The notes beneath the pieces are model-generated. The model had not been told where the DNA came from. It saw only the letters and a list, made by a program, of their open reading frames with translations, and did not search any database. Of a stretch of 64,000 nucleotides of DNA, positions 1 through 11,366 are shown piece by piece (the first letter of the stretch is position 1; each line of letters starts with the position of its first letter). Source of the stretch: Macrostomum lignano (taxonomy: Eukaryota). Position numbers and translations under genes: made by a program. The stretch spans positions 62,001-126,000 of the forward strand of contig NIVC01002605.1 in assembly GCA_002269645.1 (NCBI GenBank). Reading direction: 5' to 3'.

Positions 1-1477
1 CCGTATACTGTTAGCAGTAGCGGGTACAGACGATATATGCTACTGAAAATAAAGATAGCAAGTAGTATAGATTTATTTATTGATTTTCCAAGTTGCAAAA
101 AAGCAATAAATTGAAAGAAAAAATATGCAGTTTAATATTCTCCAGATAAAAAATAGCACATCAATAATGTGCAATATATGTAACGCAGTTCTGAAAATAC
201 AATAAAGAAGAAGCAAGTCCAATATAAACTATAAAGTCGGTGTACTTTGTACTATAACAATAATACGCTCGTACATAAGCTATAAAGTACATCGTACAGA
301 GAGTTAAATATGTCAAAGCAGCAGGAAATGGCAAGGACCACTGTAGCATAACAGGACGTAAAGCACTGATCGTGCAATTTTTGGAGGCCAATTTCCTGGA
401 AAAAACCATTTAACGTCACAAAATCAATAATTGCCTTTGATCTGGAGCAGTGAAGATTGCCATTCTTCTAATTTAGCATCCACATGTTACTCTTGCGTTT
501 TATATAGTGAAAGTTTCATTTTTATATCGTTATCGTTTAATTTCATAATTTTTGTGCATCTCCGCATCCAGGAAATTGGTCTCCGAAAGAGTCCTTGAGT
601 TTCACTTCCCTGTTATGCTACAAGGTCCTCGGGCAAAGGTAGGCATTGAATTTATAATGACAAACTGGGGTTGATTAAAATTTATATAAGTCCCACAAAT
701 TAGGGCTATATAAAACAAGAGTTTCGGATTTTCTAAATCATCAAACCAGAAACAGCCGCCAACCAATGTAATAATTAATAAATAAGTGTAATTAGTTAAG
801 CAAAGAATTGGTAAAATAGCACTCCATATAAAAATACTATTTTTTCTCAGATTATCATAAAGCAGAGCAAATTAAAAAATTGGTAGATAACTACAAACAG
901 TAAAAACTCTGCGATACACATTAACGGAAATGTCAAACAAGAGCTGAGGAAAAAAAACAGCAAAATTTCCAAGAGCGACACGCGTTGATAAAAATGTATA
1001 AAACAAAACCGATTGAAACTCATTATAAACAATCTTAATCAATTGAAGCAATTAATTTTAATTCCGGCTTATTGAAAAAAGCACAAACAAGTAGCAAAAA
1101 ATTTTGCATTCCAAAATAATAAAGCCGTACGGTCGAGTTTTGTAGGAAAAGTTAAAAAAGCCCGTCAGCAAAAGAAAACAAGGCAAAACGAATTTATCGT
1201 AAAATGTTTTTTTGGTGTACTTGATGTTAAGTAGTTCTCGCAGATCCAGTCGCAGCTGTAGCCGTTTTGTTTAAGTTTTCTTATTAAACTTCGCTGCCAA
1301 CGGACCAAGTGATCTGTAGCGCGGCAAGACAGAATTGCAAGAATTTAATGCATTACTTGGCAAATTCTGATTTACAGAACACAAAGCAGCACACTGCCTG
1401 GGAAAGCAACAGAAAAAGCCAACCAATTTCTAAGCGCAGAAAAATCTTATTATATTTTGCTAAGTGTGGTAAACTGA

Positions 1478-1700
1478 GGAGGCTGGCGATGGGCCCAGCA
1501 ACTGAGGATCTGGGAGGGTGGCTCATTAACTGAGGATCTGGGAGGGTGGCTCATTAACTGAGGATCTGGGAGGCTGGCCCAGCAACTGAGGATCAGGGAG
1601 GCTGGCCCAGCAACTGAGGATCTGGGAGGCTGGCTCAGCAACTGAGGATCTGGGAAGCTGGCCCAGCAACTGAGGATCTGGGAGGCTGGCTCAGCAACTG
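1478..1700. repeat. Minisatellite, ~28-29 bp unit (ctgaggatctgggaggctggcccagcaa), ~8 copies
   Basis: Direct tandem copies visible; lies downstream of the probable donor at 1880 of the phosphatase gene. Confidence 0.9.
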
Positions 1701-1880
1701 GGCCTCAGGAGGGCAGCCGTCTACACTGAAATATCTAGGCTCTGAGCCAGAATTCAGTACAAATAATTCCGCCGATAGCAGTGAATAATTCAAGCCAGAA
1801 CCAGGCCCTATAAACCAGATGCGGCACAGCAGACAGACTGGCGACCCAGTTCGAGGATGACTAAGAAATTTATAATTTAC

Positions 1881-2745
1881 CTTGAACGTCGCGCTCTGCC
1901 CCATCACAGCCATGCGATCGCTGCTAAAGTACAGCACCCTGTAGGAGCCGGTTCGACGACTGCCTGGCGCCACCTTTGTCAAGTCGAAGACGGCATCAAC
2001 GCCGAACCCAGTCGACTCCGTGTCGGCCGTTGGCACCCGCATCTCCTGGACGCTGGCGGCTGTGGAATCGTCAGCAACTAGGCGCAAAGAGTCGGCCGCA
2101 CTGGGCGAGAAGGCCTGCTTGCAGCTGTGGTGCACAGTATAGGTCACCCGCAGGCGGCCGGGCCCGCGGTACTCGAAATCGGCCGCGATGGTCACCGGCG
2201 ATCGCTGCCTCTCGGCAAAGATTTTCACCGGGTCGCTGTAGCCCACTGGGCAGTTCTTCTTGACACTGAAGTACACCAGCCGGTACAGCCCAGTCTGCAG
2301 GCTTGACGGCAAGTCCAACGTGGCGTCGACGCCGAAGTCCGTGTCCTCCGTATCCGTAGACGGCGCGTACACCCTGGACAACGCTGAGGCGAAGTCCGGC
2401 AGCGAGTCCTCGAACAGGCCCAGCCAGTCCCAGCTGTCCGGCTGGAACCGCTGCTTGCACTTGTGGTTGATCCGGTAGCGCATCTGCAGCTTACAGTTCT
2501 CCTTATGGTGCACGCGATACACCGGATCCGTCTCCATGACAACCGGCATACGCGGCGCCTTGTCGAATACTTTCAGCTGGTACAGCGAACACACTGGCCG
2601 ATGGTCGGAGGTTTTGTACTGCGGCAGATGGCGATACCACTGCTGATCGATGCTGAGCACCAGGTTCTCAAAGTTGTCCTCGTTTATTAGGTGCAGAATC
2701 CGGTCTGTCCAGGCTGGCTTGCGCTGCTTGGACGAGGTGTCGTAC
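1881..2745 (-). CDS. INPP5K: Inositol polyphosphate 5-phosphatase exon 5: end of catalytic domain plus two SKICH domains
   Basis: Encodes YDTSSKQRKPAWTDRIL and SDHRPV catalytic motifs, then PDSWDWLGLF (SKICH) and a second SKICH-like repeat; acceptor ttcag at 2746; probable donor AAG|GTAAAT at 1880; terminal exon not resolved. Confidence 0.85.
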
Positions 2746-2805
2746 CTGAAATCGTGTGGAGCCTTTGGTTAGAATTTGAAGCCTGTGCCTAGAATAGGAA
2801 ATAAA

Positions 2806-2942
2806 CCCAATTCTGTCAGGTGGGATAGGAAATCAACAACCAAATTCTGTCAGGTGGGATAGAAAATCAACAACCCTATTCTGTCAGGTGGCATAGGAAA
2901 TCAACAACCAAATTCTGTCAGGTGGCATAGGAAATCAAAAAC
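2806..2942. repeat. Intronic minisatellite, ~37 bp (aattctgtcaggtgggataggaaatcaacaacc) x4
   Basis: Tandem copies inside intron 2746-2979. Confidence 0.9.
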
Positions 2943-2979
2943 CCACTTGGGATGCAGCAAACGTAAATGGAACCCTTAC

Positions 2980-3365
2980 CTGTCCGTATTCTTATCGAAT
3001 TTGTATGTTGGCGGAAAGTTTATCTGTCCCTCGTGGAAGCGAGCAAATATCAGGCCAGCATCCTTGCTAACCATAAGCTGGTCGTGCTTCATCAATTCTG
3101 CGTAGCTCTTCTGCTCAACCTTTCTCAATACGAGGTCATGGTCCAAGTCGTTGATGCGAAAGTTCAGATCGCCAATCCAGAACACAAAGTCGTGATCAAG
3201 CAGCTTCTCAACGTCGGTATCCTTGAATTTCTGATTGTCAATGATGTCCATGAAGTCTTCAATTCGTTCGTGATTCTCCGTGATGTGTGCGGTGAAATGC
3301 GCGTTCACAATGATGAAGTTTACACCATACAGATCCATGCGGATGCTGACGCCGCCTTTGTTGCC
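2980..3365 (-). CDS. INPP5K: Inositol 5-phosphatase exon 4
   Basis: GNKGGVSIRM, NAHFTAH, VFWIGDLNFRI, FPPTYKFD are hallmark IPPc motifs; ttccag acceptor and gtaagg donor. Confidence 0.95.
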
Positions 3366-3384
3366 CTGGAATGGCGGTGCGTTT

Positions 3385-3890
3385 TGGAGTTCGGGGGAGG
3401 CAAGAGTCAGGAGAGGGGCAAGAGTCCGGGGGAGGGGCAAGAGTCCGGGGGAGAGGCAAGATTCCGGGGGAGGGGCAAGAGTCCGGGAGAGGGGCAAGAG
3501 TCCGGGGGAGAGGCAAGAGTCCGGGGCAGGGGCAAGAGTCCGGGGGAGGGGCAAGATTCCGGGGGAGGGGCAAGAGTCCGGGGGAGAGGCAAGAGTCCGG
3601 GGGAGGGGCAAGAGTCCGGGAGAGGGGCAAGAGTCCGGGGGAGAGGCAAGAGTCCGGGGCAGGGGCAAGATTCCGGGGGAGAGGCAAGATTCCGGGGGAG
3701 GGGCAAGAGTCCGGGGGAGAGGCAAGAGTCCGGGGCAGGGGCAAGATTCCGGGGGAGGGGCAAGATTCCGGGGGAGGGGCAAGATTCCGGGGGAGGGGCA
3801 AGATTCCGGGGGAGGGGCAAGATTCCGGGGGAGAGGCAAGAGTCCGGGAGAGGGGCAAGAGTCCGGGGGAGGCAGGAGTCCGAAGGGGGC
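3385..3890. repeat. Intronic G-rich minisatellite, 19 bp (ggggcaagagtccggggga), ~26 copies
   Basis: Tandem copies fill most of intron 3366-4026; source of several spurious ORFs. Confidence 0.95.
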
Positions 3891-4026
3891 AGCTGACCGC
3901 AATATTTTAGAGATAAATCAGCAGTGCATGGAATTTTTCAGACACCTTGACCACCATTTTCACTGGGGGGGGGGGCAGCTCCTTTCCTACATGAGACCTT
4001 CAACATGCGCCACCAAGCTAGCTCAC

Positions 4027-4219
4027 CAGGACTCCGCCGTAACCAGACCTAGTGACCTCGGACTCGATGTTCTGCACAGCGACCAGGTGTTTACGCATCA
4101 CAAACACGAACAGGTGAATGGCCCACAAGGAGCGCTGTTTCACCAGAACGTAGCCTCGTGGCAACAGAACCCGGCGAAATGAGTCCAGCCAATCGGTCTC
4201 TTTCTTGGCTTCTTGCAGT
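4027..4219 (-). CDS. INPP5K: Inositol 5-phosphatase exon 3
   Basis: (G)LQEAKKETDW...TRSGYGGVL; ctgcag acceptor, gtgagc donor; phases match neighbouring exons. Confidence 0.93.
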
Positions 4220-4288
4220 CTGCAGATCAAGGGAAATGAAAGAAAACAATTATAAATTATTTGGGCGTGGCTGATAATCTAGTTAGAC

Positions 4289-4480
4289 CAGGGGTTAGTA
4301 AACTTTTTTACCTTAAAGGCCAGATAAAGAGATGAGAGGAGAAATGGGATGAAATATGGGTTGAAAAATGAGAGATGAGAGAAGAGAGAAGTGAGGATAG
4401 ATGAAATAAGAGCCGAGAAGAGACAAAAGCCTTGAGCAGGCCAGATGGGGAGGCTTTGTGGGCCGGAGTTTTCTGACCTG
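4289..4480. mobile_element. hAT-type MITE (192 bp) in phosphatase intron
   Basis: Starts caggggttagtaaact, ends agttttctgacctg (imperfect TIR); perfect 8-bp TSD agttagac at 4281-4288 and 4481-4488. Confidence 0.8.
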
Positions 4481-4593
4481 AGTTAGACTAATAGGGGATT
4501 TTTATAAATTGGAAAAGTGGTAAAATTTAAAGAACCACATAAGCTTTTTCTTGTAGACCAAATATAAAAGTACACATTTCTAAGAAAACTCAC

Positions 4594-4701
4594 CCAATGG
4601 CCACCACATCTGGTTGGGCATCTGTGTGCTGATTCAGCAGCTCTTGGAGATTGTCATTAGGTGGACCTTTGTCACCAACATTCCACGTGACCAGGTACAA
4701 G
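4594..4701 (-). CDS. INPP5K: Inositol 5-phosphatase exon 2
   Basis: LYLVTWNV...PDVVAIG N-terminal IPPc motif; ccttag acceptor, gtgagt donor. Confidence 0.93.
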
Positions 4702-6923
4702 CTAAGGATAGAGAAAAGGGCATGGAATAAGTGGTGGAATTTCAATTTAAGATAAATTAGAAAGAAACATTGTTTATAATATAACAATGAAAATGATAGA
4801 CTAAAAATTATTCAATATCTACTAATGCCTTGGGTACTAAACTAATAGATTGAAAGTCTCATTCTTAAAATATTTCAAGCTAGTGTTCTGCTATAATTAT
4901 AGCTATAGCTACAGAATTCTAGGGCAACAATGGTCAAGTCAAGACCCATAGGAGGAATCACTAAAATGCTATAACTTGACAGGGTTAGGGTTTGATTATT
5001 CATAGGAGATTCATAGAAAAGATTCATAGTTGCTAAGATATCAAGGCATGGGAGAATTACTGAAATGCTGTGGCTTATTATGGGGGTTGCTTTGAACCAA
5101 ATCTCATAGAGTAGCTGATGTGGGGCAGTGTACATCTGCCTCCCTCTCTCTCTCCCTTGCCCACTTGGTCCGGCGCCATCACTGCCCCGTACAAATATGT
5201 ATAGCCAACCACTCACTTCAATAATAGATTTATTACGCAATTAGTCATAGCCAAATATAAGGCAGCCCTGCTAAGTGCAAGTGGCCCTTAAGTTATTCTT
5301 CATGCCTGCCTAGCACCATATTGCGGCATTAACTTTTCTACAGCTGATATCTTAGGTTCCATAGTTCAGAAGAGGGCATGTATGCCGGAAATTTCCGGGG
5401 TACAGTCAAGAAATTTGGCGTACATGTTGGCATACAAATAGTAATTTTCTAAGGCTTTTGGCGTACATGTTTAACCATGTTTAATAATTTGGTGTGTAAC
5501 ATGCACCAAAAAATAAAAAATTCGTAACCTAGTGAAATCAATAACAGTTACAAAGTCGTTCATTATGCATTTACTGTAAAACTTCACGATTGATGCAGAA
5601 CTAACTTCCGTGTTTTTTGCTTGTGGTGAAGTTGTAATTTTAACAAAAAATGCACAAATTTTACTTAAATTTTATAAATAAACTGTTGTACATATAAAAC
5701 TGTCACTTTTCAATAGTTCTTACTGATAAATAAAAAAGTTACTTTCCGTTTTCAACATTGACAATTTAAAATTAAATATCGATATCACTAGTCCAGTAAA
5801 GTATCAAAATTGACAAGTGTCAATTAGTCAATATAACAGGCTTAGACGTTTAGTTCATACAAGCAATCAAGCATTTTTTCATTTTTAAATTTGATTTCAT
5901 AGCTGAATTCGAACAATGCCAGGAACTGGAAGAAAGCGACCTAGAGCAGATAGAAGTAGCAGTAGCAGCACTAGCTCTAGCAGTAGTAGTTGCAGCAGCA
6001 GCAGTGAGTGTGATTGCGACGGTGATGGAAATGACAATTATGACCCCAAGTAATATATTTACATAGAAGACAAATTTAAAAACTGCACTGTAAACGACAA
6101 CGTCACAAAGATATATGGCGTACATCGGCGTACACAAAAAAATTGGTAGTTTTTTTTCCATGGTACATACAGAGTGTTCCGAACTATGGCTTAGGTTAGA
6201 TTTTAAACTAGTTACTTTTTATAAGCTTTGACAAATTTTCATGACTAGGCTAAATTAAATAGAACTAGAAGCATATCATTATGCTTGGTCAAAGTGAAAT
6301 TATATTATTTTGTATCATTATTGAAATAATTAAGAAAAATGGTCAGTTATCCTGAAGATTCCCACGTTTAATTATAACCCCCACCCCCCCACCACCCTTG
6401 AATAGAGGGCGAAATAATTCCGGAAAATAATTAAACGCAGGAATCTTCAGGATTGCCAAATGGTCAATTGTAACAAAAATAAATTTTTGACATTTTAGTT
6501 TTTAAAAAAAGTATTATATTGTTTTTCAAATCGAAAAAATAATTAATGTATTAATATTTAGCCAATATAGCTAGTCTTAAAGGATAGGGGCGAATCTTTT
6601 ATTATTTTGATATGTTAATTTATAATTAAAAATATGTTAGTGTATGTATAAATTAAGACTAATTTTAAGCATATATATAGGCCTACTCTATATTTGACTT
6701 AGACTATAGACTTCATTTTAGTAAAACTAAGAATGTACAACTTTAAAAAATGCATTCTAATGAATAGAAACAATTATTAAAGCGACAAAAATCGAGGCAC
6801 AAATTACCACAGCATAAAAAAAGCAACCTAGTTCTGCTAGTGCACCATGCCATAGTGGTGGTCAAGTCACTAGTCAGTAGACAATTTTATCATTACAATA
6901 TAGAAAAAAATTATACTACTCAC

Positions 6924-6943
6924 CTTACACATCTATTTGCCAT
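6924..6943 (-). CDS. INPP5K: Inositol 5-phosphatase probable first coding exon (MANRCVS)
   Basis: ATG GCA AAT AGA TGT GTA AG|GTGAGT; phase 2 matches exon 2, giving MANRCVSLYLVTWNV, similar in length to the INPP5K N-terminus. Confidence 0.7.
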
Positions 6944-7087
6944 GCTTATTTTTTATAAACTAACTTAGCCTCAAAGCAATGTTTATCACACCCTGGACCC
7001 AATCCACGGTGTTTTATCACCAAGAGCGACGATGGCAGGCAGCCAGCAGGCCTAAAAGTTTTCAGCTTTATTTCCTGGGTTATTTTC

Positions 7088-8470
7088 ACGTATGAAACAT
7101 TCGCCGACACTTATTCAGACACTTCTACAGACACTTTATTTTCTGTCGTACGGTTAGGAACAAGCATTAAATTTGTCTAGGACACTTCCTAATTCATATT
7201 TAATGAAATAAAGCAGTCCATGCATAGTTTTAATTTTGCAATTTTGTTTTTGTGCACTCGTTCCAGACTTTCAAATTATGGCTTTTATCGCGTAGTGTGC
7301 GTGCATGCATCGTGTACAACGATTAGCTGCAGCGTGCTAAATAGTTCAATTAGGTATTAAAAGCGTACAAGGTATTTGTACAATAGTATTTGTACATTTT
7401 AGTTGAAGTTAAAAGTTCAAGCTTTTAGTGAATCATTGGAAAATAAAACTATCCGTTTTAAATCGTGCAACATATTGTTTTGTCTCGGACATTTGTGACA
7501 CTGTCACTTAGGGTTGCAAGGTTTTTTAAAAGAGAAACTGTTGCTTTTCCAATGCTGAAGTATTTGTGTTGTATGGATCAGGGTTTTTCGTCAAAATTTG
7601 GATGCATGTATACATCTAAACATATAAAAATGATCAAGGTTGAAGATTACCCTATGGTATAACTGTTTTCTCCATTTTACTATTTCAAAGTGCCCACGTG
7701 AAGTTAGATTTAGCATGCCAGCCTTAAAAAATAAAAAAATCTACATAGTGTAGAATTGTATACTCTTTTATTTAAGACTATATTATATTCCCAATATATT
7801 TGCTTAGATAAATCGAAAAGTATTTACTTTACTTGAAAAAAATAATGTTCACTACAAATATTTCAATGTAGAAACCAGGAAACATAAACCTATCAAGTGT
7901 TATATAGAAATGAAGGATAAAGATATGGATAGAATATAATAAAGCCATTGTGGGCATTAAATATAAAACAAAAGAATCACTTAAGGCAAAATTTGAAAAA
8001 AGTGAATTTTTGGCATGCTCCAAGAAAAGAGGCTTATAATTTGAAATATTTTTGCTTTTGTTTGACAAAAAATATGTATAGATTTATACTTTTGGGCAAG
8101 GTTTATTTTCTCTTAAAATTCTAATTGTAAATTTGCCAGTAAGCTTAAAAATTGTTGTAAGTTGAAGCTCAAATAAAATTAGTCTTAACTCCAATCTGAC
8201 TTTCCAAAGTAAATCCCTAAATTATTTGTTACAATTGCTTTAAAAACTTGCCATTTCATTTATTCATTAATCAAAATTTTGTTCTAGAAACTGATACCTA
8301 TAGAAGGTTCTTAGTTTTTAAGAAATCTGGTAACTAGTGTCAGAGAAATATGTTTATGTAGGTTTTATATATATATATATATATCAACCTTATATATAAA
8401 AAAGGTTGCACACTGAGATTTAAATACAGCTTCTAACATGTGTGTCCAGAGGTGAGATTGTGGCCAACTG
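7088..8470 (+). repeat. Left terminal inverted repeat, unique part (~1.4 kb)
   Basis: Mirror of 19225-20604; identical mirrored ORFs 7465-7662/20030-20227 and 7829-8068/19624-19863; by eye differs only by a (TA)n length change and rare substitutions. Confidence 0.97.
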
Positions 8471-11290
8471 CACACCAATAGCATACCAACTCTATACCAA
8501 ATCCATACTGACATGCCAACTGTATACCAACTGTATACCAACTGTATACAAACACCATATCAACTCCATACCAACTGCATACCAACCCCATACCAATATG
8601 CCAACTGCATACCAACTCCATACCAATATGCCAACTGCATACCAACTCCATACCAACATGCCAACTGCATACCAACTACATACCAACATGCCAACTGCAT
8701 ACCAACACCATACCAACTCCATACCAACTGCATACCAACTGCATACCAACACCATACCAACTACATACCAACATGCCAACTGCATACCAACACCATACCA
8801 ACTGCATACCAACTCCATACCAACTATACTCCAACATGCCAACTGTATACCTACACCATACCAACTGTATGCCAACTGCATACCAACTCCATACCAACAT
8901 GCCAACTGCATACCAACTCCATACCAACATGCCAACTGCATACCAACTACATACCAACATGCCAACTGCATACCAACACCATACCAACTCCATACCAACT
9001 GCATACCAACTACATACCAACATGCCAACTGCATACCAACACCATACCAACTCCATACCAACTGCATACCAACTCCATACCAACTATACTCCAACATGCC
9101 AACTGTATACCTACACCATACCAACTGTATGCCAACTGCATACCAACTCCATACCAACATGCCAACTGCATACCAACTCCATACCAACTGCATACCAACT
9201 CCATACCAACATGCCAACTGCATACCAACTCCATACCAACTGCATACCAACTACATACCAACATGCCAACTGCATACCAACACCATACCAACTCCATACC
9301 AACTACATACCAACATGCCAACTGCATACCAACACCATACCAACTGCATACCAACTCCATACCAACATGCCAACTGCATACCAACTACATACCAACATGC
9401 CAACTGCATACCAACACCATACCAACTCCATACCAACTCCATACCAACTGCATACCAACTGCATACCAACTCCATACCAACATGCCAACTGCATACCAAC
9501 ACCATACCAACTCCATACCAACTGCATACCAACTCCATACCAACTATACTCCAACATGCCAACTGTATACCTACACCATACCAACTGTATGCCAACTGCA
9601 TACCAACTCCATACCAACATGCCAACTGCATACCAACACCATACCAACTGCATACCAACTCCATACCAACATGCCAACTGCATACCAACTACATACCAAC
9701 ATGCCAACTGCATACCAACACCATACCAACTCCATACCAACTGCATACCAACTGCATACCAACACCATACCAACTACATACCAACATGCCAACTGCATAC
9801 CAACACCATACCAACTGCATACCAACTCCATACCAACTATACTCCAACATGCCAACTGTATACCTACACCATACCAACTGTATGCCAACTGCATACCAAC
9901 TCCATACCAACATGCCAACTGCATACCAACTCCATACCAACATGCCAACTGCATACCAACTACATACCAACATGCCAACTGCATACCAACACCATACCAA
10001 CTCCATACCAACTGCATACCAACTACATACCAACATGCCAACTGCATACCAACACCATACCAACTCCATACCAACTGCATACCAACTCCATACCAACTAT
10101 ACTCCAACATGCCAACTGTATACCTACACCATACCAACTGTATGCCAACTGCATACCAACTCCATACCAACATGCCAACTGCATACCAACTCCATACCAA
10201 CTGCATACCAACTCCATACCAACATGCCAACTGCATACCAACTCCATACCAACTGCATACCAACTACATACCAACATGCCAACTGCATACCAACACCATA
10301 CCAACTCCATACCAACTACATACCAACATGCCAACTGCATACCAACACCATACCAACTGCATACCAACTCCATACCAACATGCCAACTGCATACCAACTA
10401 CATACCAACATGCCAACTGCATACCAACACCATACCAACTCCATACCAACTCCATACCAACTGCATACCAACTGCATACCAACTCCATACCAACATGCCA
10501 ACTGCATACCAACACCATACCAACTCCATACCAACTGCATACCAACTCCATACCAACTATACTCCAACATGCCAACTGTATACCTACACCATACCAACTG
10601 TATGCCAACTGCATACCAACTCCATACCAACATGCCAACTGCATACCAACACCATACCAACTGCATACCAACTCCATACCAACATGCCAACTGCATACCA
10701 ACTACATACCAACATGCCAACTGCATACCAACACCATACCAACTCCATACCAACTGCATACCAACTCCATACCAACTACATACCAACATGCCAACTGCAT
10801 ACCAACACCATACCAACTCCATACCAACTGCATACCAACTCCATACCAACTATACTCCAACATGCCAACTGTATACCTACACCATACCAACTGTATGCCA
10901 ACTGCATACCAACTCCATACCAACATGCCAACTGCATACCAACTACATACCAACATGCCAACTGCATACCAACACCATACCAACTCCATACCAACTGCAT
11001 ACCAACTGCATACCAACTCCATACCAACTACATACCAACATGCCAACTGCACACCAACACCATACCAACTCCATACCAACTGCATACCAACTGCATACCA
11101 ACTCCATACCAACTATATTCCAACATGCCAACTGTATACCTACACCATACCAACTGTATGCCAACTGCATACCAACTCCATACCAACATGCCAACTGCAT
11201 ACCAACTCCATACCAACTGCATACCAACTCCATACCAACATGCCAACTGCATACCAACTCCATACCAACATACTAACTACATACCAACAT
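8470..11290 (+). repeat. Modular satellite in left arm (cataccaact[c/g/a], cataccaacac, catgccaactg units) with ~1013-bp higher-order duplication
   Basis: Direct inspection; identical spurious ORFs recur at +1013 (8676/9689, 9010/10023, 9111/10124, 9251/10264, 9303/10316). Confidence 0.97.
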
Positions 11291-11366
11291 GACAACTTAT
11301 ATTATGCCACACTAAACGAAAACATGGCAAATTCATACCATTGTTTCATGTTTCAGGCTTCTTTGC

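Noticed and set aside
570-903. Possible plus-strand exons of a convergent neighbouring gene (KLVSERVLEFHFPVMLQGPRAK at ~572-636; DYHKAEQIKKLVDNYKQ-stop at ~851-903)
   Set aside because: Splice-like boundaries are present, but phases do not join directly and I do not recognise the protein
2967-4182. Gly/Arg-rich and Pro-rich ORFs across 3260-4180
   Set aside because: Read-through of the 19-bp intronic minisatellite
6349-6453. 27-bp imperfect inverted repeat in phosphatase intron 1, near a Tc1-like cagagtgttcc at ~6169
   Set aside because: Probably internal structure of a decayed MITE; no matching second terminus or TSD found
7465-8068. Short ORFs duplicated at 19624-20227
   Set aside because: Chance AT-rich ORFs inside the TIRs; duplicated only because the TIR is duplicated
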